The notes beneath the pieces are model-generated. The model was not told the DNA's origin. It did not search any database and saw only the letters and a list, made by a program, of their open reading frames with translations. Both the position numbers and the translations under genes were made by a program. Positions 1 through 10,160 of a stretch of DNA of 36,083 bases are shown here, in pieces. Within the stretch, counting starts at the first letter, position 1. The number at the start of each line of letters is the position of its first letter. The stretch comes from Oligoflexales bacterium (lineage in GTDB: Bacteria; Bdellovibrionota_B; Oligoflexia; Oligoflexales; Bog-1112): assembly GCA_045106415.1 (NCBI GenBank), contig JBGCEP010000017.1:1-36083 (forward strand). Reading direction: 5' to 3'.

Positions 1-399
<399 letters not shown>

Positions 400-400
400 G

Positions 401-539
401 TTCCAACAAGGTTTTCAATTTTAGATTTTTCTTCAGGAAAGGTGTTTTTGAATGTTTCAACTGCTTCTTCACTTTGTTGTGGGTGCTTGGAGCGTCTCGA
501 TATCCAAAAAATATTTAGTCGATCTAATAGAATTTTTAA
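401..539 (-). pseudogene. IS630-family transposase remnant (winged-helix region) interrupted by IS66
   Basis: Manual translation LKILLDRLNIFWISRRSKHPQQSEEAVETFKNTF resembles the IS630 RLGxSWxxxRSKHPKQxxEAxxxFKK motif; ends at the IS66 terminus. Confidence 0.7.
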
Positions 540-574
540 ATCAGCTCACCCTATCAATTCATTTTCAATACTAC

Positions 575-607
575 GCCATGTGAATCAATTCTGATGATTC
601 ACATGGC
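575..607 (-). terminator. 13-bp perfect hairpin downstream of RCC1 gene
   Basis: GCCATGTGAATCA-7 nt-TGATTCACATGGC, 16 bp past the stop at 624; weak U-tract. Confidence 0.55.
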
Positions 608-623
608 ATAATATTTTATCCAA

Positions 624-3533
624 CTAAAGGTCAATAATAGGGAGATCATCTCCCATCTCAGAACCTGCATCTCCAACGGAGCTATCATGGCCCTGACCTA
701 GCTGGCCATCACTGTTATAACCCCAGCACTTTATTTGATAGGTATCAAGGATCGCACAGACATGGGCCTCTCCAATAGAAATTTTTAAAGCAGTTCTTCC
801 TAGCCCTAGATCCACAGCCCCTAAATCATCACCCATTTCATCTGCGTCATCACCAAGACTCGCTGTGTTGCCTTGGCCAAGTTGTCCTTCAAGGTTTTTA
901 CCCCAACACTTCACTGTATTGTCGTCTAAAAGAGCACAAGTGAAATTATAACCCGCATCAACCTGTAAAGCTGTCCGACCTGTCCCTAGATCTACATTCA
1001 GAAGATTGTCACCCATTTCACCAGCAACATCTCCTCGATTGTTGGAGTCTCCATACCCTAACTGGCCATAGCCGTTTTCACCCCAACACTTCACATGACC
1101 TGTGTCTAAAACAGCACACGCATGATCTTCTCCTGCGGATAAACCAATAGCAGTCCTATTTGTCCCTAAATCCACAACCCCAAGATCATCGCCCATTTCA
1201 GATCCATCATCTCCTTGATGACTTGAGCTCCCTTGACCAAGCTGCCCTTCATCATTTTCACCCCAACATTTGACAGCACTATTATCCATCAAAACACAGT
1301 TATAACGGTATCCAGCTACTAGCAAATTCGCTGTTCGTCCGGTTCCTAAGTCAACATTTGCGAAATCATCACCCATTTCAGAACCAGTATCTCCTCGGTG
1401 ATCTGAATCTCCTAGGCCAAGTTGTCCAGCACTATTTTCACCCCAGCATTTAACAGTATTATCATCTAGGTGAGCACAGCTGTGGTAGCGACCCGTAACA
1501 ACATTTTGCGCTGTTCGGCTCGTTCCTAAATCAACAGCACTTAAACTCGCCATCTCTCCCGCTTCATTTCCTATCGATCCGGTCGTTCCTTGACCTGCCT
1601 GCCCTGAAGCATTGTACCCCCAACATTTAACACTATTGTTGTCTAAAACAGCACAAGAGTGGTATCCACCAGCCGCCATTTTCAAGACTGTTCTACCAGA
1701 CCCAACATTCACATTTGATAAATTAGATCCCATCTCAGAAGCAGCATCTCCAATTGAGTAGGCATGATCTTGACCCAACGAACCCAGAGTATTGTCTCCC
1801 CAACACTTTATGTTCGAGTCCTCAAAACGCGCACATACATGCCAATGACCAGATTCTAAGTCCACAACTTTTTTCTCTCCTAAAAAGGAGATGGATACAA
1901 CGCCACCTGTATTTCCAGCATTATCCGTACTACGAATATTTGCATAGTAAGTAGCACCCTCTGTTAAACTCAGGCCTGAGATTGTAGTTATGAGCACATC
2001 ACCAACGTTGGACCAATCACTTACACTTGTATCTGCGGCTGAAGTCCCAATTGAAACCTCATAAAAAGAAACACCCGAGCCACTATCGCTACTTGCTGCC
2101 CAACTCAAAATAGAACTTAAACTCAAACTTAAACTCTCCGCACCACTGCTAAAAGCGCCTGGATCACTAGGAGCAATACTATCGTGAATAATACCGTCGG
2201 ACACACAGCTAGACACATTCCCGGTTAAATCTTTAAATTTTACATAAACAGTTGCCAACGTCTTGCTTTGCTCTAAAGTCCAGGAGCTTTTCATTGGAGC
2301 ATAACTCTCCCAGTTTCCCCCATCGACACAGTCGGCAACGTTGGTTACATACATTTCACTTGCACCGACCGCTGATATAGCTAAATCTCGTGAAATGGTT
2401 GAGGTAAAGTCCCCTCCGTCTATGGCCAAACTTAACGAACTCGGCGCTTCATCATCATGGGTGATAGAATCACTTACACAGCTAGATTCATTACCTGATA
2501 AATCTTTAAATTTAACGTAAACAGTTGCAAGAGCATTGCTTTGCCCCAAAGCCCAAGAGCTCTTCTCTGAAGCATAAACCTCCCAGCTTCCTCCACTCAC
2601 GCACTCAGCCGTGTTGGTCACATACATTTCACTTGCACCGACCGCTGATATAGCTAAATTAGGTGAAGAATTCGAAGTCGAGATTTCTCCGCCACCGATA
2701 ACCAAACTCAACGAACTCGGCGCTTCATCATCATGGGTGATAGAATCACTTATACAATTAGATTCATTTCCAGCTAAATCTTTAAACTTCACATAGACAG
2801 TCGCTAAGGCGTTAAGTTGTTCTAGAGACCAAGAACCCTTCAAAGAAGCATAACTTTCCCAGTCCCCTCCACCTGCACACCCTAGAGTATTCGTAATATA
2901 CATTTGATCTGCATTTACAGCATTTATCGTTAAGTCAACCAGACCTTCTATAGTGTAATCTCCACCTTGAATCAAAATAGACATTCCACTTAAAAGTTTT
3001 TCCACCTGCTGCTCTTCTTCGGTTACAGCAGAGTTGTCCTCAATACTTTCGGTGGCGCTGCCGTGAGAGACTTCAAAAACCCCTGAGCTAATTTTTGTCT
3101 GTATACAAAGCTTACTCTCACGAAGAACACCTAAAACACTTGACTCCGCACCATCAATTGCAGATTTAATTTTCACATGAGTATAATCTGTGCCAGAAGG
3201 CACTTTTAAACACACCTCAATATCCCTTAAAGCTATGACATAAGAACCACTTCCTGACTCCGTCGATGCCAATTTTACACCCTTAAGAGAATCTAAATTC
3301 TCGATTTTAATAACAGCAGTTTTTTCAGAAAAAGTACCACTTGGAATTGAAATATCTACATAATCAAGACCAATTTTTTTATCGACATTCGGGGGCACAA
3401 GAATATGATTTTGTTTTATCGCAGAAATATCAACATTTCCTAGGTCACCTCTTTTCGATGCTTTTTGAGCACTTTCATCGCACCCCAATAAGACACCTAA
3501 AAATAGAAACACCAATTTCGCAGAAAAAGTCAC
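624..3533 (-). CDS. Lipoprotein with 3 Ig-like repeats, an FN3-like domain and 7 RCC1/BLIP-II repeats
   Basis: Likely GTG start at 3533 (AGGAG 5 nt upstream) giving MTFSAKLVFLFLGVLLG-C lipobox; three ~91-aa repeats (..MYVTN..C..GGxWE.Y...W....ATVYVKFKDLxGNxSxC.SD.I.HD); FN3-like LSWAASSD..YEVSIG..YYANIRSTDNAGN; seven CA.LD...VKCWG.N..GQLG repeats. Confidence 0.9.
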   Translation of the reverse strand: MTFSAKLVFLFLGVLLGCDESAQKASKRGDLGNVDISAIKQNHILVPPNVDKKIGLDYVDISIPSGTFSEKTAVIKIENLDSLKGVKLASTESGSGSYVIALRDIEVCLKVPSGTDYTHVKIKSAIDGAESSVLGVLRESKLCIQTKISSGVFEVSHGSATESIEDNSAVTEEEQQVEKLLSGMSILIQGGDYTIEGLVDLTINAVNADQMYITNTLGCAGGGDWESYASLKGSWSLEQLNALATVYVKFKDLAGNESNCISDSITHDDEAPSSLSLVIGGGEISTSNSSPNLAISAVGASEMYVTNTAECVSGGSWEVYASEKSSWALGQSNALATVYVKFKDLSGNESSCVSDSITHDDEAPSSLSLAIDGGDFTSTISRDLAISAVGASEMYVTNVADCVDGGNWESYAPMKSSWTLEQSKTLATVYVKFKDLTGNVSSCVSDGIIHDSIAPSDPGAFSSGAESLSLSLSSILSWAASSDSGSGVSFYEVSIGTSAADTSVSDWSNVGDVLITTISGLSLTEGATYYANIRSTDNAGNTGGVVSISFLGEKKVVDLESGHWHVCARFEDSNIKCWGDNTLGSLGQDHAYSIGDAASEMGSNLSNVNVGSGRTVLKMAAGGYHSCAVLDNNSVKCWGYNASGQAGQGTTGSIGNEAGEMASLSAVDLGTSRTAQNVVTGRYHSCAHLDDNTVKCWGENSAGQLGLGDSDHRGDTGSEMGDDFANVDLGTGRTANLLVAGYRYNCVLMDNSAVKCWGENDEGQLGQGSSSHQGDDGSEMGDDLGVVDLGTNRTAIGLSAGEDHACAVLDTGHVKCWGENGYGQLGYGDSNNRGDVAGEMGDNLLNVDLGTGRTALQVDAGYNFTCALLDDNTVKCWGKNLEGQLGQGNTASLGDDADEMGDDLGAVDLGLGRTALKISIGEAHVCAILDTYQIKCWGYNSDGQLGQGHDSSVGDAGSEMGDDLPIIDL
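640..1860 (-). repeat. Seven ~180-bp RCC1 repeats (coding)
   Basis: CCCCA(A/G)CA motif (KCWG) recurs near 721, 901, 1081, 1261, 1441, 1618 and 1798. Confidence 0.9.
2180..3000 (-). repeat. Three ~273-276-bp Ig-like domain repeats (coding)
   Basis: Identical DNA blocks: 43 bp at 2434-2476 and 2710-2752; 40 bp at 2347-2386 and 2620-2659. Confidence 0.85.
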
Positions 3534-3561
3534 AGCAACTCCTAAGAATGGTTGACTTACG

Positions 3562-3587
3562 TAACGGAATAAGTATGGAGAAATTAA
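3562..3587 (-). promoter_or_regulatory. Possible sigma28-type promoter (TTAAT-N15-CCGTTA)
   Basis: Same spacing as other instances in the window, about 29 nt upstream of the GTG at 3533; deviates from consensus. Confidence 0.35.
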
Positions 3588-3785
3588 CAAAAAAACCTTA
3601 AGAAGGAGAAACAATAGTATTTATAGAAACTTACTGAGATGATTCAAAAATGTTCTGAATCGACGGATATGCAAGTAGAAGATTAATGTCATTGGTGATG
3701 AACGTTCACCAAAATAAAAAATATTCCACCTTTTGTGGGATTTAGACGCACCAATCTCTAAAAGACAATGAATTCAAGCGGAAAC

Positions 3786-4166
3786 TTAAAGTTTCATGAG
3801 CTGTTGTGAGGCTATGACAAGCAGACCTAGACTCAATGACATCGTGACTTTTTTGACTCCCCTTACTCTCACAACTCTCTCCCTTCAACTGCATTTTTCA
3901 AATAACTGTTTACACGTTCTGAAGATGAGCGAGCTTTATATCTTCCTTTTTCAGGAGGAGGCATTTTTATTTTCTTTCCTCTTCTTGGGTTGTGGTCAAA
4001 AATAAGCACTTTACCCTTACTTCTAACTTGAGTTTTAATTGCAGCAGAATCACATGCTGCGTCCATCTTTACTCTCTGAAAAGTCATCTCTTCCAAGAGT
4101 ATAGATGCTAGGATGCCATGAACTAAAACAGATGTAAGAACTGCAGAGACTGGTATATCGCCATCA
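3786..4166 (-). pseudogene. IS5/IS1182-like DDE transposase, C-terminal remnant
   Basis: DGDIPVSAVLTS..VH...MDAAxD...DHNPRRG...RYKARSSSERVNSYLK, then a frameshift into VVRVRGVKKV...SQQLMKL* (stop at 3786); 5' side cut by the IS4 end at 4167. Confidence 0.75.
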
Positions 4167-5557
4167 CATAGCTGGCCGGGGTTTATTTTCATGCAATCAC
4201 CCTTAAATCTCTAAACACCTTTGAAAAGGAATATTTTCCATCTTTAAAATTTGAATCAAAAATTCTTGAAGTTGTCGATTTGATAATAGCTTTGAGCTCT
4301 TCGCGCCGAGTTGCTGTTTGGTAGTATCTCGGCCGAAGAAATGAATTGAATTGAGGAGAGGCTATTTTATAGGCTTTGACAGCCCTTTGTTGAGTCGTCT
4401 GCTTTGGCTTTTCCTAGATCTCATCTACTTCTACTTTTACCCTCAAAGCCACAGCTAAAGTGCAGTTGATGGTGGATATAAGAGCTAAAGAAATCACAGT
4501 GTTTGGACCCAGAGATGACATGTTTGAGAAGTTCAATGTCGACTTCAAAGCTTTGAAGGTCAATTCAACCTGCCGGCGCAGTGTATACAGCCTTTTGAGT
4601 TTTACAGCCTCTACTTTTAGGTTTGTGATGCACCAATGATATTGCTTATGCCGTTTGTTCCATATGCCAATGGCACGGTATTGTACATCGGATTTTGGGT
4701 CTTCAATCAAGACTTCAACAACACTGAGTCGCTGGCTCAAGTTATGCGTCAAACCTCCCAAACCCTTGACTACATGAGCTTTGCTAATTCTGCCTCGCAC
4801 AATTTCAGTGATCGTAAATTTGATGTCATTCTTGAGGCGAGTCATGAAAAATGCACCATGTGGTCCATACTGTAAAAACGATCAGGTGACTAATAACCCA
4901 AGTCAAAAAAATAGAGAGCATAGGCATGGTGCTCTGGAAAACATTGGCTATCGTGAGCTGACCCTTCTGTAAAATTGAGCCAGGACACACTTCCTGTTAA
5001 AAGGTCTGTAGCCAGGTGTAGCTTGATTGCGGAAAAAACAAACGTTCCTGACCAGTGATTAGCTAAACCGTCCCATAAGCTCATCAGGGAGCCATCAATG
5101 TCAATGATCTTTGCCCCCTGAATCTCAAGAAGACCATCATAAGTTGACAGTTTTTTATTGGCGATAGAGATCACAACAGTGCTCAAGGCCTCTTTGAGAT
5201 GCCTGACCAGGCTATCGCTCGCCATGCGTTCGTTGGAGACGCTTTGCACAATCTCACACCCCATAAATTGACAGACAGACTGCCGCAAATCCACAAGTGA
5301 GGATTTGTTGCTCGCTGTAGCACTGACTTGCAATAGCCCACAGATAAAGTCGGAATTTTGAATTTTTGCTCTTCGATCACATGAATTGAGGGATGAGTGT
5401 AATTTCTGGCTGAGGGCGGCCATTGCTTCTGCGATCATGATCGCGCTTTCTTTTGTTTCTGTAGTGACTTAATATCATGAGACATCGTAGTTATTTTTAA
5501 CAATAATCACAACTAACATTTTCAACATTCGCCTATTTTGAATCCCGATCATGCATG
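4167..5557 (-). mobile_element. Degenerate IS4-family element
   Basis: Imperfect terminal IRs CATAGCTGGCCGGGGTTTA (from 4167) and CATGCATGATCGGGATTCA (reverse complement from 5557); contains a transposase pseudogene; no target-site duplication visible. Confidence 0.7.
4189..5438 (-). pseudogene. IS4-family transposase pseudogene
   Basis: IDGS, IKLH, HD and FDLGY motifs (4890-5438); YTLRRQVELTFKALKS YREK-like motif (4414-4845); frame continues past TAG at 4414 to TGA at 4189; internal stops and frameshift. Confidence 0.85.
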
Positions 5558-5668
5558 ATACAGCAACATCCTAGAAAACCCTGATACAGGATTAAAAGAT
5601 AATTATTTTTATAAAATCGAATATTTCTTAAGCCAAAATCTCGCTGAGAATATCTATAAAAATATGTT

Positions 5669-5796
5669 CATACCAATTACGTAAATTAAACATAGAGTTT
5701 GAATTGGAGTTAAGAAGGAGATACAGGGGTTTTCATTTAGAAGAAGCAAAGACCACTGACCTCATAAAACTATATTTAATTTACGTAATTGGTATG
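5669..5796. mobile_element. MITE / internally deleted IS4-like element (128 bp)
   Basis: 30-bp inverted repeat with 1 mismatch (5666-5695 vs 5770-5799), CAT...ATG termini; interior reads RGFHLEEAKTTDLIKL, like IS4 transposase C-terminal GFxLEDT motifs. Confidence 0.7.
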
Positions 5797-5830
5797 AACT
5801 CATTTTAAATAACGCAACATCTTCATGACA

Positions 5831-6598
5831 TCATATCAATGAAAGATCTTCTATTTCATTAATATGCGCATACTCATTTTTTCCATAAGAACTAAGAACA
5901 GCACTAGCAACAAGCGCACGTGTTTCATTTAAGATTTTTTGATGAAAATCATCAATAACCTTTGCTCTTTCTTTCTTATTTTTTGGATATTTTGGAGGGT
6001 ATATTGGAGGGGCTACAAAATGTGTCAGTTTTATTTTTCTAGGAATAAGACTCATCCCTAATCCTCTTGCTAAAAAAAAGGGCGCTCTCTGAAAATCATA
6101 AACCCATTTTGTCATCCTATTAGGATAAACATCATAAAGTTCATCTGCTCTTGGACACACCGCTATAATAATAGGGGCTTGAGTCTCTAAAGAAAGTCTC
6201 GCAAAGCCTTTTCGAGACTCCCAAAGAAGCTGATAACGCTTTGATGATGGTTTCAAAGATTCTTTCATACCTCCTGGAGCAATTCCAACAACTTCTCCTT
6301 GTTTCAAAAGTTTTCTTCCATTCTCCATTGTTCCATCAACACCACCAATACCGAGAACAAATCCTGAGGTCATACGACTTCTAAAGAAAAAATGATCAGC
6401 AAGCAACCTCGGGACTCGGCCAAATTTTTGATAAGTTGCATAAGCAAAAAGACCAATATCATAAGTAGCCAAACTATGATTGAACAGCACCAAAGCTGGC
6501 CCTTCTTTAGGAAAGTAATCAAGCCCTACCACTCGGTGGTTATGGTAGGATTTTAAAAGTTTCAAAGCAACAAGAGTACGATTCAGTAATGGCGTCAT
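5831..6598 (-). CDS. Lysophospholipid/diacylglycerol acyltransferase family protein (DAGAT/TMEM68-like)
   Basis: NHSLATYD (HxxxxD) motif, PGGMKE, RKGFARL..APII. Confidence 0.85.
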   Translation of the reverse strand: MTPLLNRTLVALKLLKSYHNHRVVGLDYFPKEGPALVLFNHSLATYDIGLFAYATYQKFGRVPRLLADHFFFRSRMTSGFVLGIGGVDGTMENGRKLLKQGEVVGIAPGGMKESLKPSSKRYQLLWESRKGFARLSLETQAPIIIAVCPRADELYDVYPNRMTKWVYDFQRAPFFLARGLGMSLIPRKIKLTHFVAPPIYPPKYPKNKKERAKVIDDFHQKILNETRALVASAVLSSYGKNEYAHINEIEDLSLI

Positions 6599-6607
6599 AA
6601 GTTCTCT

Positions 6608-7348
6608 CTATTTCAAATACATTGAGCTATCTGTAAGAAAAACCCCTAAACCATCAAGCGCTGCAGCTTTCTCTTCCCACAACTTTTGACTCGTTGCTTT
6701 CGTCGCATCTAAAGGGATAGAAACATCATAACCTAATTTCACCGCATCCTTTGCTGTCTCGAAAACACAGATATCCATGGCTAAACCCACAATAACCAGG
6801 TTGTCGATTAAATTATTCTGCAAAAATTCATGCAAACCTGTATCTTGTCCTTTTTGATCCTGAAATGCAGAGTAACTTTCCGTATTAATATCTTTCCCTT
6901 TACGAAAAACAACATCCGAAGAGACAACATTCAACTCTTTAGGGAAATCAACACCTGTTTGATGATCAGGGTCTTTATCATTAAAGACACAATGGTCAGG
7001 CCATAAAATACACTCCTGATATTCGCCTTCATTGTTTTGAATCCTATAAGGTTTAAAAGCATCATTTTCCGATAAAGAAGAATCTTTTTCCATATGTGTA
7101 GATAAAAAAGAAATATGACCACTCGGGTGATAATCCTGAGTTAATACAACAAAGGAAAAATGACGCTTTAATTCAGCAATAATTGGTATAATCTTATCAC
7201 CTTCAGGAACCGATAGCCTTGCTTTCTCATAGAAACTTTGAGGTAAAAAGTCATTCTGAACATCGACAATCATAAGAGCTTGCGCTCCCAATGCCGATAT
7301 TGGCATCAAAGATAAATATATAAAAAAAACCTTGTTACAAAATGTCAC
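6608..7348 (-). CDS. pncA: Nicotinamidase/pyrazinamidase with N-terminal signal peptide
   Basis: VDVQNDF, TQDYHP.GH.SF, LWPDHCV, RKG...ESYSAF and GLAMDICV motifs; GTG start overlaps the upstream TAG. Confidence 0.9.
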   Translation of the reverse strand: MTFCNKVFFIYLSLMPISALGAQALMIVDVQNDFLPQSFYEKARLSVPEGDKIIPIIAELKRHFSFVVLTQDYHPSGHISFLSTHMEKDSSLSENDAFKPYRIQNNEGEYQECILWPDHCVFNDKDPDHQTGVDFPKELNVVSSDVVFRKGKDINTESYSAFQDQKGQDTGLHEFLQNNLIDNLVIVGLAMDICVFETAKDAVKLGYDVSIPLDATKATSQKLWEEKAAALDGLGVFLTDSSMYLK

Positions 7349-8070
7349 TACAAATCCTTCTTAAAAAGTACAAAACAAATAAATGACCACATTAAAGATG
7401 TATAAAAACCTGCCCATAAATATGTTTCAGTGTTCAAGAACTCTGACCTCATCACTCCAAAGTCACTAACAATAGCAAAGAAACGATAATTTGAAATATC
7501 AAAACCAATCATCATAGATATCATCATAAAAACAAAAGCCTCTATCATCCAAGGCCATAAAATATAAAATAATACTGTTCGTTTATAAGAAAGAGATGCT
7601 AAAAAGGATGCAAAAGTGATCCATAAAAAACCATGCACCATATGAATCACCCATTCATACTGTAGGTCAACAAACGGAAAACCTAAGAAAAAACCACTCC
7701 CGAGCATGATAATCAGGCTATATATTGTAAAAAAAACAGCCCACAAAACTTTAAATGACAAAAGCTTTCTCCGTGAGACTCCCTGTCCCTTCATCATTCC
7801 ATAAAATCCAATTTCACTCTCTTCTTGGTATCTTTGTAAAAGAACAAGTCCAAGAAAAACATGGAATAAAGCACCCAATCGAAAAAGACTGCTCCAACCC
7901 CAGCTTGAACCTCTTGCTTCTCCAATATCTGATAACTGCAAAAACTGAATAGACCACTGTTGAATCGAATGAAGACCAAAAATAAAAAGACAAGGAAGGC
8001 AAAAAACCCAAAACAAGATTTTTTTATCTGACCTCCAACTCGAGAACCATAAAGAAAAATCTATATTCAT
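7348..8070 (-). CDS. ABC-2 type transporter permease
   Basis: About 6 hydrophobic segments, G...GVSRRKLLSFK motif, ATGA overlap with the ABC ATPase gene. Confidence 0.75.
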   Translation of the reverse strand: MNIDFSLWFSSWRSDKKILFWVFCLPCLFIFGLHSIQQWSIQFLQLSDIGEARGSSWGWSSLFRLGALFHVFLGLVLLQRYQEESEIGFYGMMKGQGVSRRKLLSFKVLWAVFFTIYSLIIMLGSGFFLGFPFVDLQYEWVIHMVHGFLWITFASFLASLSYKRTVLFYILWPWMIEAFVFMMISMMIGFDISNYRFFAIVSDFGVMRSEFLNTETYLWAGFYTSLMWSFICFVLFKKDL

Positions 8071-8780
8071 TTTAGATCTCCATGATCAACCCATTTCAGA
8101 TAATCTTGCTCAAGTTTTGACAAATTCACACCTTGTTCATGAGGAGAGAACAGCACAGGGCCTGAATACACGATTGACCCTTGTTTCAGCACATATATTT
8201 CGTCACATGATCTTTCAATTTCAGTTAATCGATGACTTGAAAATAAAACTGTTGATCCTTTTTCTTTTAGAGTTTTTAACATTTCTCTCAGACTCAACGC
8301 TGCCTCTGGGTCGAACCCCTGGTCAGGCTCATCTAAAACAACAAACTCAGGACATCCTAAAACAGCGACAGCTAGGCCAAGCCTTTGCTGAAACCCTAAT
8401 GACAGCTCTGAGAATCGTTTTGACAAATAATGCCGCAGTCCTAGTTGAGAAACCACATCATAAATATGATCTTGAGAGATTTTTCTCATTTTCGCGATCA
8501 TTTCCAAGCTGGACCTCACAGTCACATAGTCAAGAAATCGATACCCTGAAACAAAACTGCCTTGCCTTAAAGGCTCTGGATACTTCCAATCATACTCAAT
8601 TGTTCCTATATCCGCATGTGAAACTCCTGACAACAGCTTTAAAAGCGTTGTTTTGCCACTTCCGTTAGGGCCTACCAACCCAACAATCTTTCCTCGTCCA
8701 ATATCCATGCATATAGATTTTAAAATAACATCATGTCCCATGTTTTTTGTTACATGCTTCACTTTTAAAAAGTCTGTCAT
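8067..8780 (-). CDS. ABC transporter ATP-binding protein
   Basis: Walker A GPNGSGKT, signature LSLGFQQR, Walker B VVLDEP, H-loop SSH. Confidence 0.95.
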   Translation of the reverse strand: MTDFLKVKHVTKNMGHDVILKSICMDIGRGKIVGLVGPNGSGKTTLLKLLSGVSHADIGTIEYDWKYPEPLRQGSFVSGYRFLDYVTVRSSLEMIAKMRKISQDHIYDVVSQLGLRHYLSKRFSELSLGFQQRLGLAVAVLGCPEFVVLDEPDQGFDPEAALSLREMLKTLKEKGSTVLFSSHRLTEIERSCDEIYVLKQGSIVYSGPVLFSPHEQGVNLSKLEQDYLKWVDHGDLK

Positions 8781-8813
8781 ATGTGCCTTTTAACTCTCTT
8801 TAAGAAAAAAAAC

Positions 8814-8840
8814 TTAAGAATAAGGAGCTCGATCCGATGT
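8814..8840 (+). promoter_or_regulatory. sigma28/FliA-type promoter TTAAG-N15-CCGATGT
   Basis: Resembles the TAAA-N15-GCCGATAA consensus; about 35 nt before the TTG start at 8875. Confidence 0.6.
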
Positions 8841-8874
8841 GACGAACCAGTATGAACGATATAAAGGAGGCCCC

Positions 8875-9087
8875 TTGCCCACAGCAACCATTGTTAACGC
8901 CCCAAATGCAATTAGCAACTATGGACGCATTCGCGATGAATACGGCCAAGAGTATACTGTCCATGGATCCGACATGCCAGCAGGCGGTGAAAGTGGGGAT
9001 GATTACGCTTATTATGTCGACCTATGGCAATACAGTGATCGAAATGTAACAACCTTACGAAGCGGGACATATGGCCCAGAAGGATAG
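8875..9087 (+). CDS. Small cold-shock/OB-fold-like protein (paralog of 11117..11356)
   Basis: RBS AAGGAGG then TTG at 8875; MPTATIV...NYGRIRDEYGQEYTVHGSDM...ESGDDYAYYV mirrors the cold-shock domain strand pattern. Confidence 0.65.
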   Translation: MPTATIVNAPNAISNYGRIRDEYGQEYTVHGSDMPAGGESGDDYAYYVDLWQYSDRNVTTLRSGTYGPEG

Positions 9088-9189
9088 AGATTCTTCTCAC
9101 GTCAAGTTATTGACACTAAGAAAAATCTAACCTTGGTTTCAAGGAGTTGAGCATGCTACGATGAACATTCGGATCCATAAGTTTGGAGT

Positions 9190-10119
9190 ATGGCGACTGT
9201 GAAACGTAGGTCTCTTATAAGGCATATAGCATCTGCATCTGCATTCTTTGGATGTTCAGGCTGTAAAAACAATGTCTTCTTTGAAGCTTTTCCTGAAGGT
9301 TCCTCTTCAGAAAAAAAGTCTCAATCACCTGGAGCATTATCATTAAAACAAGAAAAAGATCTTTTGTTTCCACTTGATGAGGATCCACAAGTCCAAATCC
9401 CTACTTTTGACCCAGAAAAGAGCAGAACTTTCGATCAATATCATCGTGAAGATATTATTGTTACAGATAAAAATAGAAAATCATTGTTTTACTCGACTTA
9501 TAAAAAACTGGGTCAAGTTCAAAAATTTGTTGGCTTTGGCCACTTTAATGTTATAGATTTTGAAGAAACCATACGAATCAGCAAACGATCTTCAAGACTG
9601 GCTGCCTTTACTCCTCAAGAAATAAGTCTAATTGATGAACTTTTTCACTATGACGCAAGACAATACGGATTTTTTGGACATAAAGTAAGCACAAGCTTAA
9701 CAGCTCGCATCGACTCAAAAAGTATTTCAAAAATCCCAGGAAGTGGGCACTATCTATTACTAGGGCCTTCTCATGATAAGTATCAAAAGATCAGAGCAGA
9801 AATCGGTAACAAAATCATTTTGACATCAGGAATACGCGGAGTCATTAAACAGACGTATTTGTTTTTAAATAAAGCTGTTCATGCCGATTGGAATTTATCT
9901 TTAGCGTCACGATCCCTTGCTCCTCCTGGATATTCCTGGCATAACGCTGGAGATTTCGACATTGGAAAGCAAGGCTTTGGCATGGATAACTTCACAAGCC
10001 GCTTTTCAAATACTGATGAATATAAAAAATTAGTAGATATGGGAATTGCTATACGCTATCCAGAAGGAAACACAACTGGTGTGCGCTTTGAACCTTGGCA
10101 TATTCGGATGGAAAGCTAG
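9190..10119 (+). CDS. D-alanyl-D-alanine carboxypeptidase (peptidase M15B/VanY family), probable Tat lipoprotein
   Basis: KRRSLI twin-arginine then FFGC; TSGIR, APPGYSWHNAGDFD and EPWH Zn motifs. Confidence 0.85.
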   Translation: MATVKRRSLIRHIASASAFFGCSGCKNNVFFEAFPEGSSSEKKSQSPGALSLKQEKDLLFPLDEDPQVQIPTFDPEKSRTFDQYHREDIIVTDKNRKSLFYSTYKKLGQVQKFVGFGHFNVIDFEETIRISKRSSRLAAFTPQEISLIDELFHYDARQYGFFGHKVSTSLTARIDSKSISKIPGSGHYLLLGPSHDKYQKIRAEIGNKIILTSGIRGVIKQTYLFLNKAVHADWNLSLASRSLAPPGYSWHNAGDFDIGKQGFGMDNFTSRFSNTDEYKKLVDMGIAIRYPEGNTTGVRFEPWHIRMES

Positions 10120-10160
10120 CAGACTCACGCACACGGCATGAGCCTACTTAGACAACAAAC

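Noticed and set aside
640..3000. Regularly spaced repeats as a CRISPR array or DGR template/variable repeats
   Set aside because: They are in-frame protein domain repeats of 180 or ~275 bp; no cas or reverse transcriptase gene, and no obvious adenine-specific mismatch pattern
8117..8668. Antisense and alternate-frame ORFs (e.g. 8117-8668, 16896-17468, 26251-26583, 34991-35416 and other short ones)
   Set aside because: They shadow well-supported genes and show no recognisable motifs
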